Below are positions 1 to 12,900 of a stretch of 64,000 bases of DNA, one piece after another. The stretch is taken from NCBI RefSeq assembly GCF_964355755.1, contig NC_092673.1, forward strand, positions 12,310,948 to 12,374,947, written 5' to 3'. The notes under the pieces are model-generated. The model saw only the letters and a list, made by a program, of their open reading frames with translations. It ran no database searches and had not been told where the DNA came from. The number at the start of each line of letters is the position of its first letter. Positions within the stretch are counted from its first letter, which is position 1. The DNA comes from Antedon mediterranea. Its lineage: Eukaryota > Animalia > Echinodermata. Position numbers and translations under genes: made by a program.

Positions 1-1049
1 CCATTCAGTTCAGAATCATTCAATCATTGCAACAATCATACCAATGATCCAATCAGGGAATTGATATTGGCCATCAGCTAGGCCTGGTATACTAGAGGCT
101 ATTTAGACTAAGCCTAGGCCTAGTACAGGCCTACCTACATATACTGCAGGCCTAGGCTAATAAGACTAGCCTAGGCCTAGAGAGTAGAGAGACGCGGTAT
201 GGCGACCGAAATGTATTAAATCAGGACCGAAATGAAGTCTAAACATGGTCTAAACTCACCCTCCAACATGATTGCCTTTTTATAGTTTTATCATCTTCTT
301 TTGTAACCGTAAAAGAAATGAAATCGCGTTTTTGGGGGGAACCATACATCTTTGTATTCCTCTCTGTGTTAAACCTCCTCGCTCATACAAAATCTATATA
401 AAACAACTAGACCTAGGCATAGAACTTGGGGTGCCTACGTACGCACAGGCCTCTCATTTTCAAGTTTCTTCAGCAAAAACAATCCAAGATTATTCTCTCT
501 CTGCGCTGCATGCTGAGTATGTAATGTGTGGAGGGCGCCGCGTACGTCACATCAATAGTACACCAAAGATTTTATAAATCTCTCTGACAAACAACATCAT
601 GATTGTGTTATTTAGTACAATTTCAATTTCTTTTATTTCGGAAAAATGTCATCCATCAACAAAGGTACAAACAAAAAAAGAAAAACTATTTATTATTTCT
701 ACTTGCATTGTATTTTTTTCCTTACCTTTTTTGTCAGAGTTTGTAAATAAATAAATGTTATAAAATGTAAATGTTTAAAATGTTGAATATTATTGGAATT
801 ACCGAAACGTGGGGTATAACCTCTTCCGAAGAGATCATGATGGTACAACCTCAGCAGGAGGAGTAATTATGTTATCTCACAAGTCATTGTGTCACAAGTA
901 ATATCTCCGTGTTATGTAGGCCTACTAATCAGTATAATGAAAGCTTCTTTTTTGTGGTCTTTTGTCATAAGTTTTGATTTTATGTATGTGAGAAAGAACA
1001 GAAAAGAAAGACAATAAAAATTATTATTATCTGAAACACTATTGGTTGG

Positions 1050-2662
1050 TGTATGTCAACACAAACCAACAGAGCCCTAAGTATACTAATCCACGAAGCA
1101 GAATTTAACTCACCGACTGTTAAGCGGAGACTTTAATTATCCCAAGGTTAAGTGGGAGGAATATAGAGTAGAAGCTGAAGGCATAAATGGAGAAGATGCT
1201 GAAAGGTTTTATGAAACAACGCAAGATATACTTTTGCATCAGCATGTAACAGAGTCAACAAGACACAAGGAAGGAAAAAAACCATCATTACTCGACCTGA
1301 TTTTTACAAATGATGAACAATCTATTGAAGAAATACGGGATTGTATGTGTAGCCAATTTGGGAAATGTGACCATGATGTATTGTGTTTTGAGTACTAGAA
1401 ACCCTATGGGAAGTGATGAAAAAAGCAAAAGAACTATGCAAAAGGTGACTATAAGAAGCTAAATGATGCTTTTGGGATGCTTGACTGGGATGTCCTGTTT
1501 GATAATAAGGACTTTAACCAGGCATGGAAAACCTGTAAGGAAACTTACAACCAAGAGACTGATATCAGTACAAAGATTACATTGAATTCAAACAACAGAG
1601 AAATGTTGCAAGGGCAAATGCGAAAAAGGCACGTATAGAACATGAGAGAAAACTACTGAAAAACTTTAAATCCTAAGCCAGTGTATAAGTACATTAGAGA
1701 ACAACAAATGGTGAAAGAAGGCATATCAAAACTTGAAAAAGAAGATAGGAGTTTGACTGAAAATGACCAGGAAGCAGTTGAAATTTTAAGTACGTTTTTT
1801 TGAATCCGTGTATACCAAAAAACCCGATGGTGACCTGCCCCAGTTTGAAAACAGGTACGCACTTAACATTAACAAGGCCATATAGATGGCTGCAGTCGCG
1901 TGCTCGTTAGTGTTTATCGACCGACCAACCTACCAACTGACCGAAATTACTGAACATGTTTAAAAATGTTGAAATGTTTAAAAACATTTATATTTTTTTA
2001 ATTTACACGTGCGTAGCCTGTCACTTTTGACGTGCTCGTATAACGTAATTTCGAGTTGAAAAATAAGTCAAGAAAACAGAAATCGGGCAAAAAGAGTGCG
2101 CAATAACATTTAACGCGCAGTGCGCGCGCAAAAATCTGCGCACTCATGGCAATTTTGTAAACGCTTAAAATTTCCTGAAACGTACTCTTATTTCATCGAA
2201 AATAAACTTTGAAAATTTTAAGCGCGCGTACGCATGCGTTACATGCGCTACGCACGTAATTGTATTGCCATATGATGATTTATGCCCTGAAATTTATGAG
2301 TACCAAATGTTATTTAATTGTGATTCATGGTTGTGAAGATATGATTACAAACGTGATTTCGTTAAATCGTGCGTAGACCGCGTAATTTTTTATTGCGCAC
2401 CGTGAAAACATAACCACATCGATTCCTGGCCATAAGGAACATACTGTGAAAAATTGACTTAGCTAGATTAAACTGATATCAAGATAAGGTCAGAAAGCGA
2501 TAAAACGCATAGTGATACCGGACCGACAGACAGACCGACCGACCGACCGACATAGTGAACTATAGAGTCGCGTCCACGCGACTAAAAATGTTATGTTTTC
2601 AGTAGAAGATTATATTAATCAAACAGCAACCAAGCCAAGCCCCTGGGCCAGACGGTATCCGT
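1050..2662 (+). mobile_element. Degenerate CR1-group LINE fragment (endonuclease C-terminus, linker, start of RT), split by a HINE insertion at 1871-2588
   Basis: Translated pieces KPSLLDLIFTNDEQSIEEI and GKCDHDVLCFE (APE endonuclease C-terminal SDH-type motif). The frame resumes after the insertion with APGPDGI at about 2638-2660, typical of the pre-RT region. Many stops and frameshifts. Confidence 0.75.
1871..2588 (-). mobile_element. Non-autonomous Helentron/DINE-1-like element (HINE family A, copy 1)
   Basis: On the - strand: TTTTT-AGTCGCGTGGACGCGACT (subTIR plus inverted repeat), a GTCG/GTCT microsatellite, 3' subTIR CACGCGACT, hairpin GCCAT-CTAT-ATGGC, then CTTGTT. Near-identical to 12203-12904. 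Confidence 0.85.
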
Positions 2663-3552
2663 AAAATTAGGTGCAGTTATACAAATGGAAATCACATACA
2701 TATCTAATGTCAAAAGTTAATGTTATCACTTTGTATGTATTTTTTATAATGATTTTCCAAAAGAATTGTTAAATATGACAGCATAAAAGTAAAAGTTACT
2801 TTCTAGCTTTCAAATTAATTACTTTTTTTTACCTTTGAACTGAGATATCTAAAAAATGGGATTGAATAATAATATATTTTATCTTTTAGTAAGGTCGACA
2901 ACATGTAAGGAAAACCTATATTACAATCGAAAAATTTACTCCCAATTCCATTCAGATCGACTGCATTTATTTTAAAAGCATCGAATGTGGGGCCAAAAAA
3001 GATCGAGTACTTTGTTATCGGAGCGAGCAATGTTCGGCTTGGAGTCATCAGCGGATTATTCTTTAAAAAAACATGAGACTAACTAACTAATTTGAAGAAG
3101 TATTCTTGTTTAAAAAATTAAGAACTGCTTCTTCTATTAAACCAACAGGTACAGTTGATGTGTTGTATTTAAATTTGATTAAATATCTTAAACTTTTTCA
3201 TTAGTACTATATAAATATGTGTCGGTAACTGAATATAGGGAACTGGAATGCTTGTCAGGCTTGTCAAAAATAAACCGTCACTATCTATAGTATCTGTGCA
3301 TGTACCGTATAGGCCTACAAAATGGGAATTTTATTTTTGTAAAAACCCAATACTAGTAAAAAACCTAATACTAGTAGTATTGAATCATTTGCTTGGCCAA
3401 GGTTATATCATTGTTCTCTCTACAATAAGCTGTTTTGGATCATTGCGTCGTTGTAGTGTACCTATTTTCAGAATAAATTGTATATGCATACTACTGTATG
3501 CTAATTTGAATAACTATTACGTGCCGACGTTATTACTGAATGAAACAGTATC

Positions 3553-6338
3553 ATGGCTCCATCAAACCTTTTTAGCAGGTTAAATGAATCATTATTACGT
3601 TTCAAGATACTGTATTTCACTAGCATTGGAATTGTGTCAACTCTGAAAACATATATGCAGTTGTTTATGAAGCAGTTGGGCCTTAATCCATACCAGGTTG
3701 GTGTTTTACTGTGTATTACTCAACTTACAGGGTTCTGCCTATCAATTTGTGTTGGATTCATCGTGGACAGATTTAGAATACGCAAGCCATGTTTGATTAC
3801 CGCCTTCACTATCATGATATTATCTTTATTAGGTTTATCTTTTGCATTCTCTTACAACGTTGAAACTTCATGTGAAAATGTTCAAGCACAATTTAATCAA
3901 AGTTTTTCATTATATTGTCAACATCATTCTGAGTGTACAGAACAGGATTTCGTTGCTACTGATCGCTCTTGGCTGTATACAGAATACAGGATACGATATA
4001 CGATGTACAAACTGTTTGTTTTCTTGTTACCGCTTGAAGTCTGCTTTATTTCCACTTATGCTCTTCTTGACGTGTTTACAATGAACGTTCTCCAGAAGGA
4101 TACTGACCAACTACCTTTTCAACGAGCATTTGGTGCACTTGGGTGGGGGTGTATGTAAGTTACGTAACTATTTAATCAATTTTAATTAATAATGCAATAT
4201 ATATATATATAGGCCTATAGCCTATATTACATTTGTATACTTTAAATATGTACGGCGAATAATGATCATTTCCACTGTTTCCAGTTCACCCTTGCACCAT
4301 ACGGTCTTTCTAAGTTTTAATAGGCAATATCTAAAAAAATATACTAACTGAATTTGTATCATTTTATAGAAACTTTATAGCATCCTTCATTATGTCATTG
4401 ACAAAATCAAACATCCAGTATTGTGGAATTGCAGTTAGTGTCGTGGATTTTTCATATATGTTTATTTTCTTGATAATCATAATATCGATAACACTTCCAC
4501 TAGTTGTTACAATAAAACCAATAGAGGTACGTTCCTAGATTTAGTTTTATAATTATGTTGATTTTAAAATTATATTTCTCCATTAAGGAATTAACGAATT
4601 TATGCCTTATGAATAATATTAAAAGTTGTTTTGCATCAATGACACTATTCATTATTACAATCCCTGTATTTTCGCAACATCCCGTGTTACTTTGTTTAAT
4701 ACGTATTAACATTTAAACAAAACTATATGTTCGAAATATTATTCGAATAAATGTTTTAAAATATCCATAGTAAATAGCAATAAGCTAGGCGATGGGACAA
4801 TTGCCTTCCACCTATAAGGGCAGGCCCCATTACAACTCGCTTTGTAAGCAAATGTTTCGTTTATCAATGCACTGACTTATTTATCTATACATAATGCCCA
4901 ATGTGATAATATAGTATTAGTTATGTAGGTTTATTAGTGCCTTCACCAAGGTTTGAACCTATTTCTAAATACCGACTTCTTTTCATAGCACAATACAAAC
5001 GCAAGCCATTCGTTACAACTAGACAATGACACTTTGAAAGGCATCACAAACTTCTTAAGAAACTGGCGTAACTTGATGTTCATACTAGGCGATGGAATTC
5101 TAGTTGGTACACTATATGGGTTTAAAATAGCTTTTGTTTTTTGGAGAGTAGACGATCTTGGTAAACTCAATTGTTTTAATTATTATTAATCATTAGTTTA
5201 ATTATTATTTAAATCAAGTAAATTAATTATTATCTGAAACCCTATGAAACCATGTAGCAGCGTGTAACATACAAACTATGATTTATAATTGCTTTTATTG
5301 TATTACAGGCGGAGGCAAGAAACTTTTAGGTGTAGCCATCATTATTCATGGAGCCATGGAGTTTATCGTAGGAATACTTGGCTCAAAGCTTTTACAACTG
5401 TTTAGTTGTGTGCAGATCATAGCATTTGGTGCATTTATGTATGCTCTTGACTTCTTTGGATATGCTGTAATGCAAACCCCAATCTGGACATTAGTTTTAC
5501 AAGCGATTGAAGGCAAGTCTACAGTACAGTTGGGTGATACGAAAGGCAGGCCTACTTCGTATCACCATTGTTTTTTAGTTCTTTTTTTCCTCAGTTTATT
5601 CTCTCAATATAAGCGGCACATGCTCTTTTCTCGTACTATTTGTAGCGCATAGACTTACATCTGAGCTAAAGTTGTGCAAGTGATTTTTTATGTACATGCA
5701 TGATGTTGTGTTTGCTCTGTCTACACTATCAAACTAGTTTGACAAAAAAAGTGTGATGTCCCCAAATATGGTAGTGATATGATATCACCATATCAATGGG
5801 CACATCACATTTTTGATAATGTAGAAAAGGCTTCCCATGACACGATGACGTCACATCACTACCATTATGAATTGCACTCTAAAACATAAAATTGAATTCA
5901 ATGATAAAATGTATAAAATATATATAAAAAATTAAATATCAAGCACAAAAAACCACAATTTGAAACATTTGAAAAAGTAATCAAAATGAAAGAGTATCAA
6001 AATATTACCGGTGAACCCTTGGAAAAATACACAATTTAGGATGGTTAACATTTAACAATTCTTTATTTCTTATCAAATTGCTAGGTGTGGCCTTTTTCTG
6101 TACATACATATTTGGTTTGGTATATATTGCGAATACGACTCATCCGAGAAGCCTGGCCTCAATCACATTTATGTTTAGTTCCAGTTACGTGTCGTTAGGA
6201 CGCAGTATGGGTTCCAGTGTCGGAGGGACACTCGTTCAGAAGTTTGGAATACAAAATGCTTTTATGATGTATAGTGTTTTCGCTACAATTTTGTCCGTTC
6301 TTCTTGGAACAACAGATTTGGTTTGTATATATTTTTAA
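3553..6338 (+). CDS. MFS transporter, MFSD6-like family; 5 exons, 462 aa
   Basis: Exons 3553-4154, 4370-4526, 4989-5160, 5309-5512 and 6085-6338 join in frame (1389 nt). Family motifs: FKILYF, MKQLGLNPYQVG, GFIVDRFRIRK (MFS motif A), QRAFGALGWG, FWRVDDLGG, LQAIEG, GRSMGSSVGG. Many hydrophobic helices. Intron 4 has a GC donor. Confidence 0.88.
5714..5832. mobile_element. Short palindromic MITE in intron 4 of the MFS gene
   Basis: GCTCTGTCTACACTATCAAA pairs with a degenerate TTTGATAATGTAGAAAAGGC; internal arms GTGTGATGTCCC / GGGCACATCACA. Confidence 0.55.
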
Positions 6339-8322
6339 TAAACCTACCGTATTGTTTCTTTTTATTTCAATCGAAAAGCGTAAATTCAAGATTGTACGGG
6401 CTTACCAATATATAAATAATATACACCTCTCTATCTAATATTTTCTAATATATTAGGTAGGTGGTGCAGCATTGATGTTACCAGACTCCCATGTTCCAAG
6501 CGTCGCTATCACCTGAAATAATCTTTCTACAAAATACGGATCACATCTCTGAAATGACCCACCAATTATTCAATCATATTTGTCGATCATCAACACTCAA
6601 AAATTTCAAAGATGTATTGTTTCACAAAACATTAAAAATGAAGATTAACAAAGTTACAAAATAAATCATTAAATTCAGATTTAGAATCGAAGTAAATAAC
6701 TATTTTGGAACATAAAAATGGCATATTAAACAACAAAATTTAAAAAAATATATATTTTTCAGACGAAAAATGATGTACCACTTTGCTTTTGACAAATGCA
6801 TAAATTAATATATTTTACAGTAGTCTAGCTAGAATATACATGCATTACTCTAGGCCTAGTAGTACAGTCATAATATAACATGCTTACCAAGGTTGTGCAA
6901 ACTTCCTTCCTTCCCTACACTGAACAAAAGACAATAACAAATGACACAGCCCACCTGGATGAACATGTAAATTGACTCAATAAAAGCTTAACCAATAGTG
7001 GCAGCAGACTAATTAAGTACAGATAAAGTATACGTGAACATAAAAGAAAAGTCATTACAAAAATAAAAGTTAACACACAATAACTATATAAATTCTACAC
7101 ACATTATATAAAATTGAATATTCTATAAGAAACATTCAACAGATAACTATACAAATTCTATATAATTTATAGAAAAGAAAAAACATTGTATAGAACTATA
7201 TAAATCAAATATAAATTCTATAAAATTATAAATTCTAAAGAAACAATGTATAGATAACTAAATAAATTCTATAGAAATCCTATAAAATTGAAACATTCTA
7301 CAGTATATAAATGGACATTTTTGTAAGGGATTATTAGGAAGATTTTCAATTTCCAAATCTGTATGACACATACTGTACTTTGATTTAGAGATTTGTTTGT
7401 TAGAGGATATAATTATCAAAGATGTGGAAAACAGTGCATCCATTTGAACCACATTAAATTGTCCATTCTCTCAACATACTCATAGTTTTTCAAGATTTAA
7501 ATAATAAACCAACTTTTCATTGATAAATTATACATATTTTTCAACACTTACAGCTTACACGAAAGAACCACAAACCTGAAGCTAATATTGATGATCGTGT
7601 CGGTAGTGACATCAGTCTAGATCAAACTGCATTGATTGGGCAGTTACCTGAATCGGACAGTGAGCAGATGGCCAATTATGGCAGCAGCAACAATTAACAG
7701 GAATGCACCGTAAACATTTTCGAAAACTAACTCATAAGAATGCTGTAGGAACGTGCATCCAGCAATACACTGCGAAACTCGCCTAAGGTATCTTGCTGAA
7801 TTAATAATGTTTTTAAACATTTTGGTGTCTGTAATACTGCAAACAAAGTTGGTTAGAGGTTTCATAATAATAAGCACAAAAACAATATATTGGCTGCAGT
7901 CATCGTTCAAATGTGGAATACAACCTCCAAGCAAACAGCATTATTCAAATAATGCTGTTACAGTTACATTGTGTTTTAATTTTCACTAAGTATTAACGTA
8001 CCTCAATAAAATTAGCAATGTTTATTTGCGGCTTTTTTTTTCCAAAGCTAAAGCAAGCATGTTAACCAACACAAACTTTATGAATAGAATAGTCTTTACT
8101 TGTTCGATATCTGTTTACAAATGTGATATCATAAGAATCATCCAATAATGAAATATATATACATATATATTCTAAAGATTTTACTATCATATTGTGGTAT
8201 GATATAAATAAAAACAAAACACATGAGAATTTAGACAAGTTTCAGTTTGTACATAGTGTATTCTTGAAGATGACACTTAATATTATCTGTTCGTAATTTG
8301 TTAACAATATAATATTTATTTT

Positions 8323-8964
8323 TATATAACACCTAAATATATTCCTGTCATTTGATTGGACGATTGTGGGTCACATGGTGTACAACAGTACGCACTATTA
8401 AACGATCGTTTAATAGCACTTTTTAAACATTTTTGTGTACGAAAAAAAAATGTTTCTCGGATGAGAAAATAAATCTAGTGTACAAATTACTGTGAAATAC
8501 AACAGCGCCACCTGTTGTCTTGCCTCTGTTTTGTTTTGTAAACACCACCGTGAGACATGCAGCAGCCGATTTTTGATGATTTGGAGATATGTACTAATTT
8601 CATTCAAAAAGGCATTTAAATTAGCTTTAGATCGTTTTATTGGGGACATTCCTACAAGACGTGGAAACGTTGGAAAAAACATAATTAGGTGCGTTTATAA
8701 AATCCATATATATCCATATAAATAGTATTTAATATAATTATTAAAAACCAAATCAATGTGAATCAAATATAGGCCTTTGGCTAGGCCTACTTTTTATTTG
8801 ATTCAAATGACAAGAATCTATTTAGATGTTATATATAACAAATAATAAATCTTTTCGTTTTCATCATATTCGTGTCGCGCCTTGTTGAAATATAACATTT
8901 CCATCATTCACCTCATGCCATTATTTGTACCATTATACTCATAAACATTCATTATTTGTATTAT
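8323..8964. mobile_element. Non-autonomous DNA element, Crypton-like architecture
   Basis: TATAACACCTAAATA followed by TGATTGG at the left end; subterminal inverted copy TATTTAGATGTTATA at about 8819; AT-rich 3' tail with self-complementary AAATAAT/ATTATTT. Superfamily is inferred from architecture only. Confidence 0.4.
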
Positions 8965-9029
8965 AGTCTCTAGTCTATCTGTATCCCAGGAGCAACGATG
9001 AGTGTGTAAGGCTCTCTCTGCATAAATTC

Positions 9030-9630
9030 AAACCAAAGATTGTACTTCTTAAGGAAATTAAGAAACTTTAAGATTGGCAGAGATGCGCTGTCTCTATTCC
9101 ATCAGGCTATGATACAGTCCATATTAACATTTTGCTATATTGTATGGCTAAATAGTTTATCTAAGAATAATTCAAATAAATTACAGAGAATAAAAAAAAT
9201 GGCTAAGAAGGTAATAGGTGAAAACGTCCCATCTATCCATGATATATGCGATAAGGTTATGGAGAAAAAACTAAAATGTATAATTAACGACCAGTCTCAT
9301 CCTCTTTTTAACTTTATAAAATTCAGTAGATCCGGAAGGATGATCCCTTCAATTAAGAAGACTGAGCGTCATAATAAATAATTTCTTCCGTGTGCAATCA
9401 GGCAACACAACAAGCAATTTAAAAGATAACTTGAGACGTTTTATATGTTATTCTATATATAGTGTTTTTATATTTATATTTTTACCATGTTTTATACATA
9501 AGCATATTTTCTTATATATAATCTTATCCATTGTATAGTATTGTAAGTTTTTGACTGTTGTTATTTTAATTGTTATTTGAACCTTGGAAGGCAAATTTCA
9601 TTTACTTGACAATAAATTTTAACTTGAACT
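9030..9630 (+). mobile_element. 3' fragment of a Rex1/Babar-like LINE
   Basis: RLYFLRKLRNF..LSLFHQAMIQSILTFCYIVW..LQRIKKMAKKVIG..HPLF..SGR..KTER..FLPCAIR (post-RT C-terminus), then an AT-rich 3' UTR ending in AATAAA and short AACTTG repeats. Confidence 0.75.
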
Positions 9631-9810
9631 TCATGTTATTAAAGTACATATATTGGTAAGATTATAAGTGACCTTGACCATAGAATAAATTGTTAACTTT
9701 TGGGGCAAAATAATTCCTAAGAATTTCATTGCCTTCTTATTGTTATGTAATCAATGCAAAATTGTATTACATCTTGTAAATAAAATTGAGTGATCATTAT
9801 CACAATTTTC

Positions 9811-9942
9811 TCATCTACATGTCTCATGATATGCTTCCAACTTTCTCAGGTCACGGTGCGTTGGGGGCAAGTTATCCTGCAGGTATTTTCCACATCGCTT
9901 GCAAGGTGTTGAAAATAGCTTGTTATAACTTCTTAACCAATT
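9811..9942 (-). CDS. MED27: MED27 exon 8 (last; zinc-binding CxxC region)
   Basis: ctacag|NWLRSYNKLFSTPCKRCGKYLQDNLPPTHRDLRKLEAYHETCR*. Confidence 0.95.
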   Translation of the reverse strand, partial: NWLRSYNKLFSTPCKRCGKYLQDNLPPTHRDLRKLEAYHETCR

Positions 9943-12900
9943 CTGTAGAAAACAGAAAAAATGTTCGAATACCCCTAAATGATACAGTGAAAGAGTGCAA
10001 TATAATTTATAATGATTAAAGTGTAGTGAATGGGAGAACGCTGGTGCATGTGATTAATAATTATTAAAAATGATACACAGTTAATACTGTATATTACTGT
10101 TATAATAATAAAACTTGGTGTTATAGCAGCAGATAAAGCATCTATATATAAATTTGCGTAAGGGCAAAATTTGGTAAATCGTGTAACTTCTGAAATTTTT
10201 CTCAAAGGTATATAAAGTTGGTTCATACTTTTGTATACGTACTGATTTTAACCACCTAATTTAACCTTGGTTACTAATTAAATTTAGTTAGATAATTAGT
10301 TATTGACAATTTGATTAGGCCTATGTATATATTTAATGATTAGGCCTATGTATATATTTAATATACTTTTATATATATATTTTTTAATTTATTTGACTTA
10401 AACTTAACTTTGGAATTTTGGTATATAATATATTATGATGGTATTTTCATTGCTTGTGAAACTGGGTGAGTGGGGAACACAGGCTTAGGATTAGGTTCGC
10501 TTTTGTGTCCCCAGCCAGCTCACTCAGTTGGTTCTATTGTTTTTTTTGTATATTGTGTTCTTCATGTATTTTATATTTGGCAATAAAAGAATAAGAATAA
10601 GAATAATAACAATTGACGATTTGCCCCAAATAGGGGTGATTTCTGGTCGTGGTATACACTGTCTATGGATGTCAATCTTGAGTAATACCCGCACACACTA
10701 ATACGAGGATGCTTCGCATTTACCTATCTCCTTCTACGATCATTGTTTTTAACACAAGTAAATAAATTTATGGGCCCTTGGTGGATAAACTTAAAACCTT
10801 TAGGTCTTATAGTAGGCCTATTGCAATACTGTAATTAGTTATCAGTGTTTTTGGTAGCAATTTGAAGCACAAATGTCTTACTGTGAGTGTGGGTACTGTA
10901 GATATAAACACATATACAAATAAACTTTATTACTGACACTCGGTGGCAGTTACTTAACATTTGTATTGATTAATGATGACACAAACTATAAATGTCATAC
11001 GTAGTGGTGATCGTTACTATTTCAATCGACTATGACAGTGACAGTATTAAATTGCAAATTTATAAAACATAAAAAAACAAATATATCGCGAGTGGATAAA
11101 GAATATAAATTGTTCCTCTTTGCACCCATTCTCTTCCTCATTCCTCAACCCTAATGTTACATACAAACACAAATTGTGTTTATTTAAATTTGCATTAAAA
11201 ATTTGGACTAATTTTATGATTTTGTGACAAGTTTCTCTTTCGGAAGTAATTCCCAGGTGTGTCAATTTTAGTTGACTACATAAATCACAGTGTCTATTTA
11301 TTCTTTTCTGTAAACGACAATGTATTATAGTCCTGTGGTACTGTACGTGTCGTACATTTAAAATCATCAGTTTTTTTACGCTGAAATTACTATTTACTCG
11401 AGAACCACTGGTGTATAGTAATTTAGGATTACATTGAGTATATAATAATGCGACATTTATATAGCGCTATTTCGTATATACTGCACTTGACTTACATGCA
11501 ACAACATTATAAAGAAAGTTCACTGTGGTACTTTAATACTATAATTCTGTTGTAACTATTGATTTAAACACAAACTGGCTTTTTATAATGCAAATGTGAC
11601 TTACCATAAATTGTTTAAGTGCCATATCTGGTGAATTTGGATAATGGTAGTGCAGCATTGTAGATGTCACATGGTCTGTAATCTAAAAACAAATTTGTTG
11701 AAATTTAGGGCCTAAATGAAAATCAAACACCTTTAATTTGAATATTTATTTAAATTTCTTTACACCGATGACATAAAAACATTCAATAAATATTTGTATT
11801 CTAAATCAACATTAAATATGTTCAAGTGGCTAGTTTCTGCGTGAGAAAATATTGTTAAAAAAGTTTGATTAAATAGTAAACTCGGCATCCATTATAGTAC
11901 TTTATGTTGTTTTCTGGTGGCGACTATAGCTTCAAGAAACGGATTTTGACTTGATTAGATTGTAATACTGGAGACTTTTCATAAATGCTACAACACATTT
12001 TCATACACGAACTGCGAGAGAGGAAAATCTGCGCACTATTTGATTACTATGATTAGTCAGTTTAATACCAGGCCAATACATGCATGCGCATTAACAACTC
12101 AGGACATCTCAGAACAAAAACAGGCCTCTCATCAGTGTGATGTTCTACCAAGATTTCCTCAAAATTGTCTTCACACTATGCAAACCTAGTTCTAGTTGGT
12201 AATTTTTAGTCGCGTGGACGCGACTCTATAGTTCACTATGTCAGTCGGTCGGTCTGTCTGTCTGTCGGTCCGGTATCACTATGCGTTTTATCGCTTTCTG
12301 ACCTTATCTTGATATCAGTTTAATCTAGCTAAGTCAATTTTTCACAGTATATTCCTTATGGCGAGGAATCGATGTGGTTATGTTTTCACGGTGCGCAATA
12401 AAAAATTACGCGGTCTACGTACGATTTAACGAAATCATGTTTGTAATCATATCTTCACAACCATGAATCACAATTAAATTTGGTACTCATAAATTTCAGG
12501 GCATAAATCATCATATGGCAATACAATATACGTGCGTAGCGCATGTAACACATGCGTACGCGCGCTTACAATTTTCAAAATTTATTTTCGGTGAAATAAG
12601 AGTACGTTTCAGGCAATTTTAAGCGTTTACAAAATTGCAATGAGTGTGCGCGCGCTGCGCGTTAAATGTTATTGCGCACTCTTTTTGCCCGATTTCTGTT
12701 TTCTTGACTTACTTCTCAACTCAAAATTACGTTATACGAGTACGTCAAAAGTGACAGGCTACGCACGTGTAAATTAAAAAAATATAAATGTTTTTAAACA
12801 TTTCAACATTTTTAAACATGTTCAGTAATTTCGGTCAGTTGATAGGTTGGTCGGTCGGTAAACACTAATGAGCACGCGACTGCAGCCATCTATATGGCCT

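Noticed and set aside
5513-5652. C-terminal part of ORF 5278-5652 as coding
   Set aside because: MFS similarity ends at the GC donor at 5513; the remainder is intron read-through.
6920-6955. Additional minus-strand donor (CAG|GTGGGC at 6954) feeding the 6919 acceptor
   Set aside because: It would require a 35-nt intron, which is implausibly short.
7075-7310. AT-rich TATAGAA/TTCTATA region as a structured element
   Set aside because: Degenerate low-complexity repeat with no termini or coding signal.
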